63,244 nt of DNA from Syncephalis fuscata S228 (Eukaryota > Fungi > Zoopagomycota), in the NCBI GenBank assembly GCA_025786725.1, contig JAHLTZ010000069.1, forward strand, positions 1 through 63,244. The letters run 5' to 3'. The notes below the pieces were generated by a model, which ran no database searches, was not told where the DNA came from, and saw only the letters and a program-made list of their open reading frames with translations. Positions 1-12,550 of the stretch are shown here, in pieces. Every line of letters begins with the position of its first letter. Positions within the stretch are counted from its first letter, which is position 1. The position numbers were made by a program, and so were the translations under genes.

Positions 1-278
1 CATTATGTTTTAAATAAATAGTTTATTAATAATTCTAATTTAAAACCATTTGTAGCACTGCTACATTTCTACCCATTGATAGTTAACTGTAAACTAATCT
101 ATTTATTTTATAAATAGATATTGCCATTTATTAATAATTAATAAAACTTAGTTCGTTCAATGAAATAACTAAAAATAGCTTGTTAGAGAAATAGAACGAT
201 ATAAAACATAAAGCACAATAATAGGTATTATAACCATCTGGCGTTGCAACGTATTTGTGATCAACAAAAGTACATTAT

Positions 279-622
279 TGTGGTAGTTGTTCGTCTCCAC
301 GATTTATTGGGAGGCTCATCCTGAAAAGGATTTAAGTGTACGCTTAAAGTGAGAACTAAGATAGTAATTAACACGACACCTCAACTCTGAGATGTATACG
401 ATCACACGAATAGACTCGACAAGTACTCGGACTTGCTTTAAAATAAACGACTAAATATAACTTATACGTGAACTGCTCCTTGTTCTTTTTTTTATTTAAT
501 TATACGCGCACTATTCATCTTATTTATATTAAAAGCGCGCCATGCTTAGAGTGGCAAAGCCGAGCTATGTGTTCATCAGCTAAAATTAGTAAAATTGGCA
601 CCAGCACATTTCCTTTACCACA
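279..622 (-). repeat. 3' LTR (344 bp)
   Basis: TGTGGTAG...TTACCACA. Differs from the other LTR only at 465/5830 (T/A) and in a T8/T7 run. Confidence 0.95.
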
Positions 623-648
623 ACCGCGGGACCCTGTTGGAAGTTACT

Positions 649-2067
649 TCATTGACTTCCAGATGTAGCCGTCATAATCGGCGCATAATATCGCTTTATG
701 CGATTACCGGAAATTGTGCTTCGCATCCGCGTACCATCAAGCTCAGTCAACTCATATACTCCCTTGTTGGGTCTACCAACCACTATATATGGTCCCATCC
801 ATCTTGGAGTAAGTTTAGCATCCGTCTTACGTATGGGTCTATTATCTCGAAGTAATACCATCTCTCCTATCTTAACAGGTCCCTTCCTAACATTCTGCTT
901 CTTGTCGTAATACATCTTATTATTCATCCTAGACTTATCTAACTTCACTCCTGCTTCCTCCCTATCCCATGCGGTTGATAATAATTGTCTAGCCCGCATA
1001 CTTAATAATTCCTCAGTCGTCATTTCTTTCTTCCACTGTAAGGTAAGCCAAGTTTCTTCATCTATGTCAAACGGCAACACACAATCTTGTCCGTATACCA
1101 GCTGATATGGGCTCCGCTGAGTTGTACGCTTAGTGGTAATTCTGTCGGCCCACAACACAGCGTGCAAATACTTAGGCCAGTTTGCGTAATCTTCTCCTAC
1201 TATTTTTACCAGTCCACCCATTAGTTCCTGATGTCCTCGTTCAATCATTCCATTTGCTTGGGGGTGATAGGCTGTTGTGAAGTTAATGCGAATTCCGTCC
1301 TTAGCAGCTACATGACGTATCAACAGCCCATAAAGTTCACCACGATCTGCTACTACTTCACTAGGTATACCAAACCGACATATAACATCTTCATATAAAA
1401 ATTTGTATGCTTCTACCGCGTTATTTTTACACAGCGCTCTGGCTTCTACCCATCCACTGAAGTCGTCCCTGGCCACTGCTAAATATATTTCACCCGTCGT
1501 GGCTTCTGGAAGTCTAACTAAATCGAATCCAATGCGTTTGAACAATGTAGACCCAATAAACGGTTTTAGCTCTTCTACTTGTCCTTTCCTTTGCGTACGC
1601 TGACATATGTCACATCTTTTCACCACTTCTTTGCAAGTGTTGTACATCCCGTACCAATAAAATCGATCACTGCACAACCTATATGTTGCTTCTACTCCTC
1701 TATGGGCAAATGGATGTCCATCGTGCACCATCGTTGTCACACGCAATTGTTCTTCTTCTTCATCTATGACTCGCTTAGGCATTCCTGTCTTCGCTCGCCG
1801 AAATAATAATCCATCGCTAATAAAAAACTTCTTCAACTGAGTTCTAATCCTCTTCTTGTCGCTATCATTACAGTCGTTATGCATGCAACCATGCTCGAGA
1901 AAATACAATAAATAATAATAGGGCGACCTAGCTGTCATTTCATCGGTATTAACTTGTTTGACACTAGTCACTCCAAATAATTCATCACCGCTGACGTCCT
2001 CGATGCGATAGTTCCATAACACCTTGTCATCTTCATCATCTTCATCTGTCAACATTTCTTGGCCCAT
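649..2067 (-). CDS. Retrotransposon integrase
   Basis: HHCC domain (HDGHPFAH...CDIC), DDE core (FDL, ADRG, GMIER) and GPY/F motif RWMGPY. Confidence 0.93.
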   Translation of the reverse strand: MGQEMLTDEDDEDDKVLWNYRIEDVSGDELFGVTSVKQVNTDEMTARSPYYYLLYFLEHGCMHNDCNDSDKKRIRTQLKKFFISDGLLFRRAKTGMPKRVIDEEEEQLRVTTMVHDGHPFAHRGVEATYRLCSDRFYWYGMYNTCKEVVKRCDICQRTQRKGQVEELKPFIGSTLFKRIGFDLVRLPEATTGEIYLAVARDDFSGWVEARALCKNNAVEAYKFLYEDVICRFGIPSEVVADRGELYGLLIRHVAAKDGIRINFTTAYHPQANGMIERGHQELMGGLVKIVGEDYANWPKYLHAVLWADRITTKRTTQRSPYQLVYGQDCVLPFDIDEETWLTLQWKKEMTTEELLSMRARQLLSTAWDREEAGVKLDKSRMNNKMYYDKKQNVRKGPVKIGEMVLLRDNRPIRKTDAKLTPRWMGPYIVVGRPNKGVYELTELDGTRMRSTISGNRIKRYYAPIMTATSGSQ

Positions 2068-3710
2068 GTCACACGACTAAGCGCATCAGCTACTACATTC
2101 TTATCACCCGGAATATGACGTATTTCATAATCAAATAACGAAAGGTAAGCTACCCATCGACTTGCTGCATCATTAGGTAAATCAGGCTTTCTCAGCATAC
2201 CGATGACAGGTCTAGCGTCTGTCTCAATGATAAATTTCACACCATGCACATATTTCCTCATTTTCTTCACCATCTGATATAAACCGAATAATTCTCGTTT
2301 GACTTGTGCATATTGTCTCTGCGCACTGTTAAATAAACAACTGTCATACCGCACAGCATACTTCACTCCTTCTTCATCGCATTGTCCCAACACAGCGCCA
2401 GCACCAACAGGACTAGCATCTACTGTTAAGATAAGTGGCGAGTTTCGTCATCATACACCGGCGGTCGTATGACTGGTCTTTCACTAATACTTCGTTTTAG
2501 CGCATCGAATGCTCTTGTTGTTCATCTTTCCAGTGAAATACTACTTTCTTCTTCTGTAGATAATACAATGGCTCGGCGATCGTAGAGAAGTGAGGAATAA
2601 GCACTCGGTAGAATGCACAACAGGCCACAAATGCTCGTACTTGCTTCTTATCGACTGGTGTTGGCCATTGCGTAATCTTAACCGTCTTATCCGGAGTTAC
2701 AGTTCTTCCTAGTTGGGTACACTGGTAACCTAACACTTCCACCTCATCCATACCAAATCTGCATTTCTTTCCACTGACTGTTATTCCCGCCTTACTCAAA
2801 GCCTTTAACACTTTTACTACGTCAGCTACATGATCAAACACAAACGCCTCACTCCTGGCAATACAATACTTTCATTCTTCTCCACCGATCCTTTAACTAT
2901 CCCGTCGTCCACGAATATGCCTACTGTATGCGGCATATACTCACTCAGTATCTTATTTACGATCCGCTGAAACACTCCGACACTATTACACCAACCCATG
3001 GTAACCGTGTCATCCTCACCAGTCCAATCGGCGTCATCAATGAGAATATATCACGATCACGATTGTCGACAGGGATTTGATCGTAACCGGAATATAGATC
3101 AAACGTAGATATAATAGATCTACCTGACACGTCTTCAGTAAGTTCTTCTGACAGCGGCGGTGCATTGGCATTCTTGATACTAACAGAATTGGCTTGTTGT
3201 AGGTCTTGTATGAATCGTAACTTAGATCCATCTTTCTTAGCATCACAAACCACGATTACTATAAGCACCAGTACTTGGCTCAATAATTCCGCTATTCATC
3301 TTTTCCCGCAATAACTCTACTACTCTACTGAATGTTGCTCTTGGTATCGGGATCGAAGCTTGCGTCCATGGCACATGCGGTACAGTTGGTATTCTTACAG
3401 GTGGTTCTATTTCCGCCTTAAGCTTACCCATCTCTTCGTCGTTGAATGCAAAAACTTCGTCTACAGAGCGTAATTGCTCAATGAAGTACGCGGTCTCTTC
3501 TTCTGTTAATGACCGTTTCCAATAACCATGTCGCTATACGCTCATCAGTCAATCTTGACTCGCTGCTCTCATTCGTTCTTCGTCTTCAGCTTCTTCTCCG
3601 TTTGGTACTGCCACGGCAATTGGTAATTCTTCTTTCCGACCGGCTTGTATTTAGCGGCATAACGGACGCAGTATTACCTGTTGTTACTGATTCACGCATG
3701 GTAATCGTAC
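2049..3710 (-). pseudogene. pol: Pol RT/RNase H region split by frameshifts
   Basis: Fragments KKDGSKLRFIQDL, DLYSGYDQI, GIFVDDG (~2900-2920), TVDASPVGAG, ELFG, TDARP and NVVADALSR are spread over several frames. Confidence 0.88.
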
Positions 3711-5684
3711 CTACACTATTTCGTCCTCACTCTCTTCTTCTCGTAGCACCGTAACACTGTTCACATTCTTACGTTGGTCTTGCTGGCCTCTACCACTGGC
3801 TGATACCATTGTAGGAGCCGCAGGGAACTTAGCCGCGCTTCGGCCATCAGTTATGTGTACCCACGCTCTTCCGTCTTCTCGTTTGACCTCCCATAACGCT
3901 TCTTCTAACCAAGGCATTCCAACCAACGCATCGAACGGTGCTCCATCTACAACTATTAGATGTGCGTTTATCGTTACTCCTCCAATGGTCACTGGTACGT
4001 TGATACACATGCCTCTAGACTTAGACGCTGTACCAGAAGCATTACCCATCGACCATGCTCGCGCCGCATCCAATGGTAGACTACCAATCTGGTCATATAA
4101 CTTGCCAGATATTACACTTATTTCAGCACCAGGATCGATTTGGATTTCTACCGGCTCTCCTGCCACTCGTCCCGTCACTTTAGCTGTTGGCCTAGCTACT
4201 ATAGTGCCGTCTATCGTTGACAATCCGTCTACATACACCACGGCTTGTTGTACCATTGTATCGATAGGCACCTTCTTACGACTGACCAACTCAGCCATCT
4301 TCTTTCTGGCAACAGACGATGTTGACAGGTAATCTTGTAGCGGCATCGTCACCTGCGCGCTACGTAGCAGCTTATCGACAGTGCCATCCACATCGGCTCC
4401 TTCCTCGATGACAGATCGGTATTGATGCGTGGCTGGTGGCCGCGTCTGCCTTTCCGTCATACTACCAGCTTCACGGGTTTCTACTGGCACCGCTTCCGAC
4501 GCTTGACGAGTGCCTACACGTACTCGTTTCATATTGACCTCGGCTATATGTTCTACATCCTCTACTACGATTTCTGGCTCTATAGTCGTTAACTGAACAT
4601 CGCTTTCCCAAGTAAGGTCGTACTTGATCGGTTGCTCGGCAGTAATCATTCGTACGTTAGCCGTATCGACCAGTAATTTGCGCATGCCGCCTCGACCAGC
4701 ATTCAACGGAACAAGCGAACCATTAGGGTATGTGACTTTACCAGCGTCCAATGTAACCAATTTGTTTCGTAAATCATCAGTCAATAGTCCGCATTGACTT
4801 TTAACATGATCTGGCGAATCGCAATACAAGCACAGCAAATTCCTTCTGTCTCGCCCGTCCATTCGTCCTCTGTTGTCTTGCTGTTTTTCGACTAGCAACA
4901 CCAGTTGTCGGAACTGTTCTGATAGATCGTCTACCTTTCGTTCTATGGTGATATGATCTTGATTCTTCTTTCCAGATTCATCTGCTTTCTTGTTAATCCT
5001 CTCTTTGACTTTCTTCTCCTTCTTGATGATGACGGCTTCTTCATCTGATTCGTTCTCATCCCTGTCAAGGTCACTGTCTTCATCCGAATCTGTTATACCA
5101 AGGGCGATGTGCAACGCCTTGTCGTCTTCACACACGTTCACCAGCGCGTCGCACAGTTGTTGATATGTATAGTTGTCTCGCGGCATCTTGGTGAAGCACA
5201 TTCTTAAATGAGTCTTATCTATAATCTTGCACAATCTTCGGATTTTTTCACGCTCTGGCATGTCAATTACACATTTGCACAATAGATTATATTGATTTAG
5301 GAATGATACGGGCTGCGCATAATTGAAACCGCTTTTAAGCAGCGCGGATACTCGCTCTTCCGGTGACTTCTTAGTGGGCTTCCTACCATACGCCATCAAC
5401 AGTTCTTTCTTCAACGCTTGCCAATCTCCACTCATTCCTTCTGGACTTGACGTTACGATGTGCGCAACATCTCCTCTGGTGTAGTTGAGTAGACACCGGA
5501 TGGTTTCTTCATCTGACCACTCCATATATCTCGCATATTTATCATATTGCGATAGGAATTCCTCGATACATCCTCCATTATAACGCTTGGGCGGCTTCAC
5601 GGGGTAGGCGTGCACTCTAGAGCCCCCCGCATTGGGCTCCAGTTGTGGTAGTTGTTCGTCTCCACGATTTATTGGGAGGCTCAT
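3711..5684 (-). CDS. gag: Retrotransposon Gag plus aspartic protease
   Basis: 657-aa ORF with zinc knuckle CLYCDSPDHVKSQC (CX2CX4HX4C) and protease-like motif IDPGAEISVI...LVGMPWL. Confidence 0.9.
   Translation of the reverse strand: MSLPINRGDEQLPQLEPNAGGSRVHAYPVKPPKRYNGGCIEEFLSQYDKYARYMEWSDEETIRCLLNYTRGDVAHIVTSSPEGMSGDWQALKKELLMAYGRKPTKKSPEERVSALLKSGFNYAQPVSFLNQYNLLCKCVIDMPEREKIRRLCKIIDKTHLRMCFTKMPRDNYTYQQLCDALVNVCEDDKALHIALGITDSDEDSDLDRDENESDEEAVIIKKEKKVKERINKKADESGKKNQDHITIERKVDDLSEQFRQLVLLVEKQQDNRGRMDGRDRRNLLCLYCDSPDHVKSQCGLLTDDLRNKLVTLDAGKVTYPNGSLVPLNAGRGGMRKLLVDTANVRMITAEQPIKYDLTWESDVQLTTIEPEIVVEDVEHIAEVNMKRVRVGTRQASEAVPVETREAGSMTERQTRPPATHQYRSVIEEGADVDGTVDKLLRSAQVTMPLQDYLSTSSVARKKMAELVSRKKVPIDTMVQQAVVYVDGLSTIDGTIVARPTAKVTGRVAGEPVEIQIDPGAEISVISGKLYDQIGSLPLDAARAWSMGNASGTASKSRGMCINVPVTIGGVTINAHLIVVDGAPFDALVGMPWLEEALWEVKREDGRAWVHITDGRSAAKFPAAPTMVSASGRGQQDQRKNVNSVTVLREEESEDEIV
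5621..5641 (-). promoter_or_regulatory. Primer binding site, probably for tRNA-Lys
   Basis: Minus strand reads TGGAGCCCAATGCGGGGGGCT 2 nt after the 5' LTR. The complement (...GCATTGGGCTCCA) resembles eukaryotic tRNA-Lys(CUU) 3' ends. Confidence 0.7.
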
Positions 5685-5986
5685 CCTGAAAAGGATTTAA
5701 GTGTACGCTTAAAGTGAGAACTAAGATAGTAATTAACACGACACCTCAACTCTGAGATGTATACGATCACACGAATAGACTCGACAAGTACTCGGACTTG
5801 CTTTAAAATAAACGACTAAATATAACTTAAACGTGAACTGCTCCTTGTTCTTTTTTTATTTAATTATACGCGCACTATTCATCTTATTTATATTAAAAGC
5901 GCGCCATGCTTAGAGTGGCAAAGCCGAGCTATGTGTTCATCAGCTAAAATTAGTAAAATTGGCACCAGCACATTTCCTTTACCACA
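5644..5986 (-). repeat. 5' LTR (343 bp)
   Basis: Near-identical copy of 279-622, followed on the minus strand by a primer binding site. Confidence 0.95.
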
Positions 5987-6737
5987 ATACTACATCCAAC
6001 ATTAATTAATTCATGTATAATTATCAATACAATAATGTAATTAATTAGTTATCTTTATTATTGCGTTGATACATATACATTGTCATTATGATATTAATTG
6101 TTTAAAATGTCATTTATTTAGTCAGATTGACTATAGGGAAAGTGGCTGTTTAATAAACGATTTTTATAATAATTATAGCAATCTTGATCTTACAGCACAA
6201 ATATGCCCAAAATACAATAGTAGAATATCAGAAAATAGAAGAGACCATTTAGATGCAACAATCCATGTTGTACATAGATGCAATAGCAACAAATGCGAAA
6301 TGACATGAAATCACAATCATATGGCTTTTATTAATATTCAATCAATCTTTCTACACATGGCCAACAACAACAACAACGATCAGCCTCAGATGTTCCAAAT
6401 AGATCAAATAGTACATCATATTATTTATTTAAATCAATTTATTAACAGCATTTTAATAAAAAGTAATATAATTATGTTGTGCATAACCGCACGACTTCAA
6501 TTGGAACGAATTTTACTTTGTGACTCAAAATGTGGAAGCAGTAAAATTCAATCTAACTGCGCAAGTACCAAATTAATCAATAGATTTTTTATAAACATTT
6601 TGATGACTCGTGATTTTGTGTCAGTTGATGTGAAGATTCTTGGCGTCAGCTCGGCAACTACATATTTGTCTGCAACACACCTCTTTCGAAACAGCTTTTT
6701 TACACCAACTATCTATACATTCTGCATTTTGTTTACA

Positions 6738-7176
6738 ATGATGATACTTAATTCAGTATATGGAGCCATGGGTGGTGCGGCCGGCGCAACCATAGGCTAT
6801 ATAACAGGTTCGGAAAAAGGCGCTGTTTTGGTAGGTGCACATTTATGTTACATGCATTGCTTTGGCTAACCAACACTTTAACAATATTATTACCATTTCT
6901 ATTACTAGGGCGCTGCCATGGGAACAGCTTTGGGCGTCACCCGTGCAGCAACAGGTAGGTCGATAGCTATGATAATACCCAACTACTGGCGCTAATTGTA
7001 TCTGTTACATTCTAGTGGTATTGCCCGTTGCATCCATGCCTAGTATACTCGTGGCCACCACAGTAATCAACATGGCTATTATCGCGGCCAAGCATCATCA
7101 AGAAAAGAAAGCAGCCAAGGCAGAAGAGCAAGCAAATGAGGATGCAACTGTCGATGAAGCACCCAAGAATTTATAG
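6738..7176 (+). CDS. Small glycine-zipper membrane protein, paralogous to the C-terminal half of the neighbouring DnaJ protein
   Basis: Exons 6738-6830, 6909-6954 and 7016-7176 splice (GT-AG) into an open frame with GAAGATIGYITG...GAAMGTALG. Confidence 0.7.
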
Positions 7177-7518
7177 CTAGCTTAGTGTGCCACCTATTAT
7201 TATGTTAATATCGCTATTGTTATAATTTACTATGTGCGATTGCGCACATATGCTTTGAATTAAAATTTATTCGCAAAACTACCTATGTTTACAACCAGGT
7301 GTTGGTGTACTTACACAGCCTGTGTTCATGTGATAATGATACTGATGGAACATTGCTACTGTGTGTGTGTGTGAATTGCCACTTTACTCAGGCGTCATAA
7401 CCTTGCCAATCCACTCCTTTATTATAACACACCATTGAACATTAAAAATAATAGCAATAGTACAACGCCAAGACTTTTACTATCTCTTTCGTATTGTTGC
7501 TCAGATACAGATTCTATT

Positions 7519-8234
7519 ATGGCCTCTACTACCAGCAGTAGCTTTTCCTACGTATTCCCAAACTACTACGCTATTTTGAACGTGGAAGAGGAGGCCACGC
7601 AAAATGAAATTCAAACTGCTTATCAACAACAAGCAATTCTATATCACCCGGATAACCGCAACTCAATAGCATCCAGCGAGGATGAGCGCCAACAACGGTT
7701 TCAACAACTAGCTGATGCTTACTATATATTACGGAACGAAGAACGTCGATGTGCGTATGATAAAGCTCGAAAACGTGGCGAACATTCAAGCCGCTGGCAA
7801 AATGCCCATACTGATCCAGAAGAGGCGTTTGCCAATGCTTATGACGAGCTGATGCGTCCAGCGGTTGAACGGCCAGGCTTTATTTGGCGTGTTTTGGGCG
7901 GTGGCTCCGGTGCAGCTCTTGGATTTATTATTGCCAATACTCCTGGCGCACTTGTTGTAAGTAAATAACACAAAGACAATGGCTAATCTAACTAGATGTT
8001 ATTAATTAGGGAGTAGCACTTGGCTCGCAACTCGGCAGAGTCCGTGACATGAAAAGTATGTAACCTGAGCAGCATGCTGCTACACAGTCTGTCAAATAGC
8101 TAACACGTTGATTTATAGAAAAGTCGGTTTATTCTGTATTTAAAGAGCTGGATGACCATCATCGCCAAGCTATTATCGACAGTGTACTAAACAAACTCCA
8201 GCTCAATTTGAAGAAAAAAGGATGGCTTCCTTAA
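7519..8234 (+). CDS. DnaJ (J-domain) protein with C-terminal glycine-zipper segment
   Basis: NYYAIL...YHPDN...FQQLADAYYIL J-domain. Exons 7519-7956, 8010-8055, 8119-8234. Confidence 0.9.
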
Positions 8235-8556
8235 CATGAACCAGCATGATGGGTGTGCTTTACATTTGTTAAATATACAGTATTAGTTTACAGAGTAGCC
8301 ATAAATTATATACATGCTTTGTTAACGCTATGTTGTTGCTTATTATATAACCAAACGAGTAAAAATGTTAGTGAATTTGCTAAACAAATAACTTAGTTTA
8401 TATTACTTGTAAATCTACAATAAACTTTACTAGCTATTATAAGCTAAAAGGAAGACGTCACACAGCTGCGTTCTTTCTTTCTCTTTCCTTTAACTCAGTT
8501 ACACTTTCAACTGCACCAGCACTATAATTACTAACAGCAATAGCAAACACATTGCC

Positions 8557-10867
8557 ATGGATCTTGTTAAAGTGGTTCAAACTTACATTGACAAGATGAT
8601 GGAGCAGACATCTGGCATGAAGATATTCTTACTAGACGCGGAAACAGTAGGAGCATACTACATAGATAAGAAATGACGTTGACATAGTAGCGATGTTCTT
8701 GTTAGACACCTATTGTTTCGGTTGTTACGACTCAGTCGACTCTGTTGGAAAAGGAGGCTTACTTGGTCGATAAGATCGATAACCGACAACGAGACAAAAT
8801 GAAGCATCTAAAGTGTATCTGTTTTGTACGGCCTACACCTGACTCTATTCAGGCACTAGTGGATGAATTACGTGATCCGCGCTATGGCGATTACTACCTG
8901 TGTATGTAATATGTATTCCAATAGTATTTGTCAAAGCAATTAATCAGTATGTGCAACTAGTCTTCACTAATGTAATTAAGAAATCAATGATTGAAAGATT
9001 GGCCGAAGTAGACCAGCATGAAGTGGTGCGGGAGGTACAGGTAAATTGGTTATAAGGCGTGTTAATTAGTATAGATTGGCTATTGACACCAACACTAAAG
9101 GAGTACTTTGCCGACTATGTGGCCATCAACCCGGATCTATTTTCACTTAATATGGTATCGCCTCGGTGTCCCATTTATGGTGAATCGGTTCATGACTGGG
9201 ATAGCCGTGCATTGCAGCGTACTACAGAAGGCTTGATGAGTGTATTTCTATCACTTAAACAGCGGCCACTTATTCGATATGAACGTATGAGCAACATGGC
9301 AAAGAAGCTAGGAGAAGAGCTAAACGTAAGCATGACACATCTACCTTATAGTTTTTATTTGTATTGACGAGTATTTAGTATGCTATCCACCAAGAACACC
9401 AGCTATTTGATCTATCACCGGTAGATACACCGCCACTACTATTGATTCTAGATCGACGCAACGATCCAGTCACGCCATTATTGCTGCAATGGACCTACCA
9501 AGCAATGGTTCATGAAGTGCTTGGTATTAATAATGGACGAGTAGATATGTCGAATGTGCCGGATATTGCACCCGACTTGAAGGTAAGCTTGCGTATTTAG
9601 TATAATAACAATGGTTTTGACAGTTGTTTATTAACAATAATAGGAAATTGTACTGTCGGTAGAATCAGATCCATTCTTCCGTAAATCGATGTTTATGAAC
9701 TGGGGAGATTTAGGCGCAAAGATTAAAGAATACGCAGATGAATATCAACGACAGCACAAATCTAATATGAAGATTGAATCGGTGCAGGATATGAAACGGT
9801 TTGTAGAGGAATATCCGGAGTTTAGAAAGCTATCAGGCAACGTGAGCAAGCATGTTACACTTGTAGGCGAGTTATATAGACTTCAAACGCACTATAAATT
9901 GCTTGAAGTGAGCGAGTTGGAACAAAATCTAGCGTGTAATGAATCACATGCTTCGGATCTACGGGTAGGATTGCAAGATGATAATAAAATATAATAAACT
10001 AATAACAACATTTTAGGCGCTGGAAGGTATGATTACTGACCCAAAGATTAGAGATGAGAACAAAATACGTTTGACGATTCTTTACGCTTTGCGCTACGAG
10101 AAATCCAACAACAACGCCACTCGACATTTGGTGGAGATGTTGATACAACAAGGCGTGAGTGAACGAAAAGTTGTTGTAAGTATAAGATGACATATAGTGC
10201 TATAAGTATTAATCATGGATAAATAGCTATTGGAATCTATTCTAGCATTTACTGGAGCGGATCAGCGACAAGGAGATTTGTTTCAAAATCAGGATATATT
10301 TGCTCGTAGTCGTAATGTATTTAAAGGTTTAAAGGTATGGAACAATAATTAAATAACTACCAATTAGCTTAATCAAATTAAAGGGAGTCGAGAATGTATT
10401 CACCAAACATGAGCCATTATTGGCACAAACACTGGATCAGCTATTTAAAGGTCGACTTAAGGATATTGACTATCCATTTGTTCAAGGCATTAATCGTGAT
10501 CGGTTAGTAAAGTTTAAATATATATATATATATATTATTGACTAATTTACATGATGAATGTGGCGATTTAGACCACATAATGTGATTATTTTCTACGTAG
10601 GTGGCGCTACATTTGCTGAGGCCAGATTGGTAGCCCATCTTAATGCCAATACACCCGGAGTTCGTATTGTATTGGGCGGTACGAATGTTATTAATAGCGC
10701 AAGGTAAGTATAAACTATAAACTGTAATTCAATTATTCATGACTGTGTATATGTATGTGTTGTATAGTTTCCTTGATCAAGTACAAGAAATGGCCGATCG
10801 AGCACCGTCAGTGTCGCGACTAACTCGACGCCTTTCAGGCCATCATGGACGCGCGGGAACTCGTTAA
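8557..10867 (+). CDS. VPS45: Sec1/Munc18-family vacuolar sorting protein Vps45 (multi-exon)
   Basis: [75 protein letters not shown]. Confidence 0.93.
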
Positions 10868-11269
10868 AATTTGTAGCTTGATTTTATCTCTAGCGTAAGA
10901 GATACATGCACTTTTGTTCACCATGTGTATTGCAGTCAAATTCAAACAAATATGTTACAATGAATGTGATGATACTTATCGTATAGTTTGTTATTATTTA
11001 ATAATTTAATATTATTTGGTTATTTTTGCTATCGTGTCTTTATACTTTATATACATATATATTTATGTGATTTATAGCGATTCAACTTATTTAATTGTTT
11101 AAAAAAACAAGCTCTGTATCGCTGTTTAATATACTATATTTTATTACCAAGCACATCGTTGCTATAATAATTACACGAGGAGCTACAGATAATTTATAGT
11201 AAAATATCAAGCACAAATAAACATAATTAAAAGATTCATTAAGCAATTAGTACGGATTACAAAATCTAA

Positions 11270-12040
11270 TTAGTCATGCTTTTGAAAAAGCAGATGCATG
11301 CCATTCATTCCAGTTACTGCTGTCTGTATAGTCCATTTCAATGTCGTTGTAAAATGATATCCTCGTACAAAAAAGCATATCATAAAACAGAATAGCGTCT
11401 CACTTGCATGGGTACCGATAAGTACCCAGTAGGCACTAGCAACTAGTCGTTCACCCATCGTTGCAGTAATGATATGCAATGCAGTAAAATGGCTTGCTAT
11501 AGGTGTCAAATAAGCATAGATAACTATGTTGGCCAACAATATAAACATTACATAGACTGTCCATGGCAGTCGTGTAAAGTATTCAGGCCGTGAGGGACGC
11601 TATTAACAATTTAATATTTTGCTTTAATGCTACAAATAAATACTTACACCAACTAATGGAAATAGGCAATAAATGCCACAAATAAGCGTGCTACTAACCA
11701 ATATTAAAGTGTCCCGTAAGCGATAGCCACGTCGACGACAAATTACTACTACAATGTAGGCTTCGGTCAAGTGTAAAAGCGCCAATAACCAAAACGGCTT
11801 TTCTACATGCTGCAAACCTATTGTATGCTGAATCATACTAATAGGCCATGGTGCACTGGTCGGTGGCAATACGTATATCAAGAGTAAAAAAGCTATTACC
11901 GCAATATTGGCTATATAGGTAAGAATGGGCGGTAGATAATATGGCACACAATCATTCTGCCTATATTCATCATCAGTATCTGATACTGACAACGATTTGT
12001 TTAGGGGTGTATCTGCAGTACCGCGTCGAGAAAGCGGCAT
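11270..12040 (-). CDS. Membrane protein with two TMEM254-like repeats
   Basis: Two exons (intron ~11600-11647), each with hydrophobic helices and an HxxE...RGY motif (LHLTEA...RRGY; THASET...VRGY). Confidence 0.55.
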
Positions 12041-12550
12041 ATTGCTACGTAGAATAGAATGAAATGTGCTGTGATGATGGTCAATGTTTATTTTTTAACT
12101 TATTTTTATTTTATTTAATTAATTAGTTAATTATATACATTTTAGATATATTAACATTGTTAGTATTTGCTATTGTAGATTATTCTGTACTTTACAATTG
12201 GTAAATAATTAGCCATTCATATCTCTTCACAGTATTGGGTTTTAGTAGTATTTGGCAACTTAAGATTTGATATATTACAACGCAATCTAAAAACTATAAA
12301 GTACAAGTACTTGTGGCAATTATTTACTTGCTGTATTTCTATGTTATTTATAGGCAAACAAACTCTTATAGTGCAGGTGTCTGTAGCGTTTATATTTTGC
12401 GCAAATAAACAGGTTTGTTGTTTATTCCAATATTAGCAGATTAAAACTCTGTAAACTGCGGAGATAACATTTAATGGGAATATTAAAACACTTCTTCCTT
12501 CTATTCTTCATACATCAATACTTCATTTCATTCATTTTTACGCATTCAGT

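Larger units (their letters stand above)
279..5986 (-). mobile_element. Ty3/Gypsy LTR retrotransposon, full length
   Basis: Two TG...CA direct repeats (279-622, 5644-5986) flank minus-strand gag-PR, RT, RNase H and integrase in Gypsy order (integrase last). Confidence 0.96.

Noticed and set aside
3680-3740. Programmed gag-pol frameshift site
   Set aside because: Cannot be told apart from the many other indels in pol; no clear slippery heptamer.
6321-6737. N-terminal extension of the 182-aa ORF
   Set aside because: AT-rich and non-coding in character; only the part from ATG 6738 looks coding.
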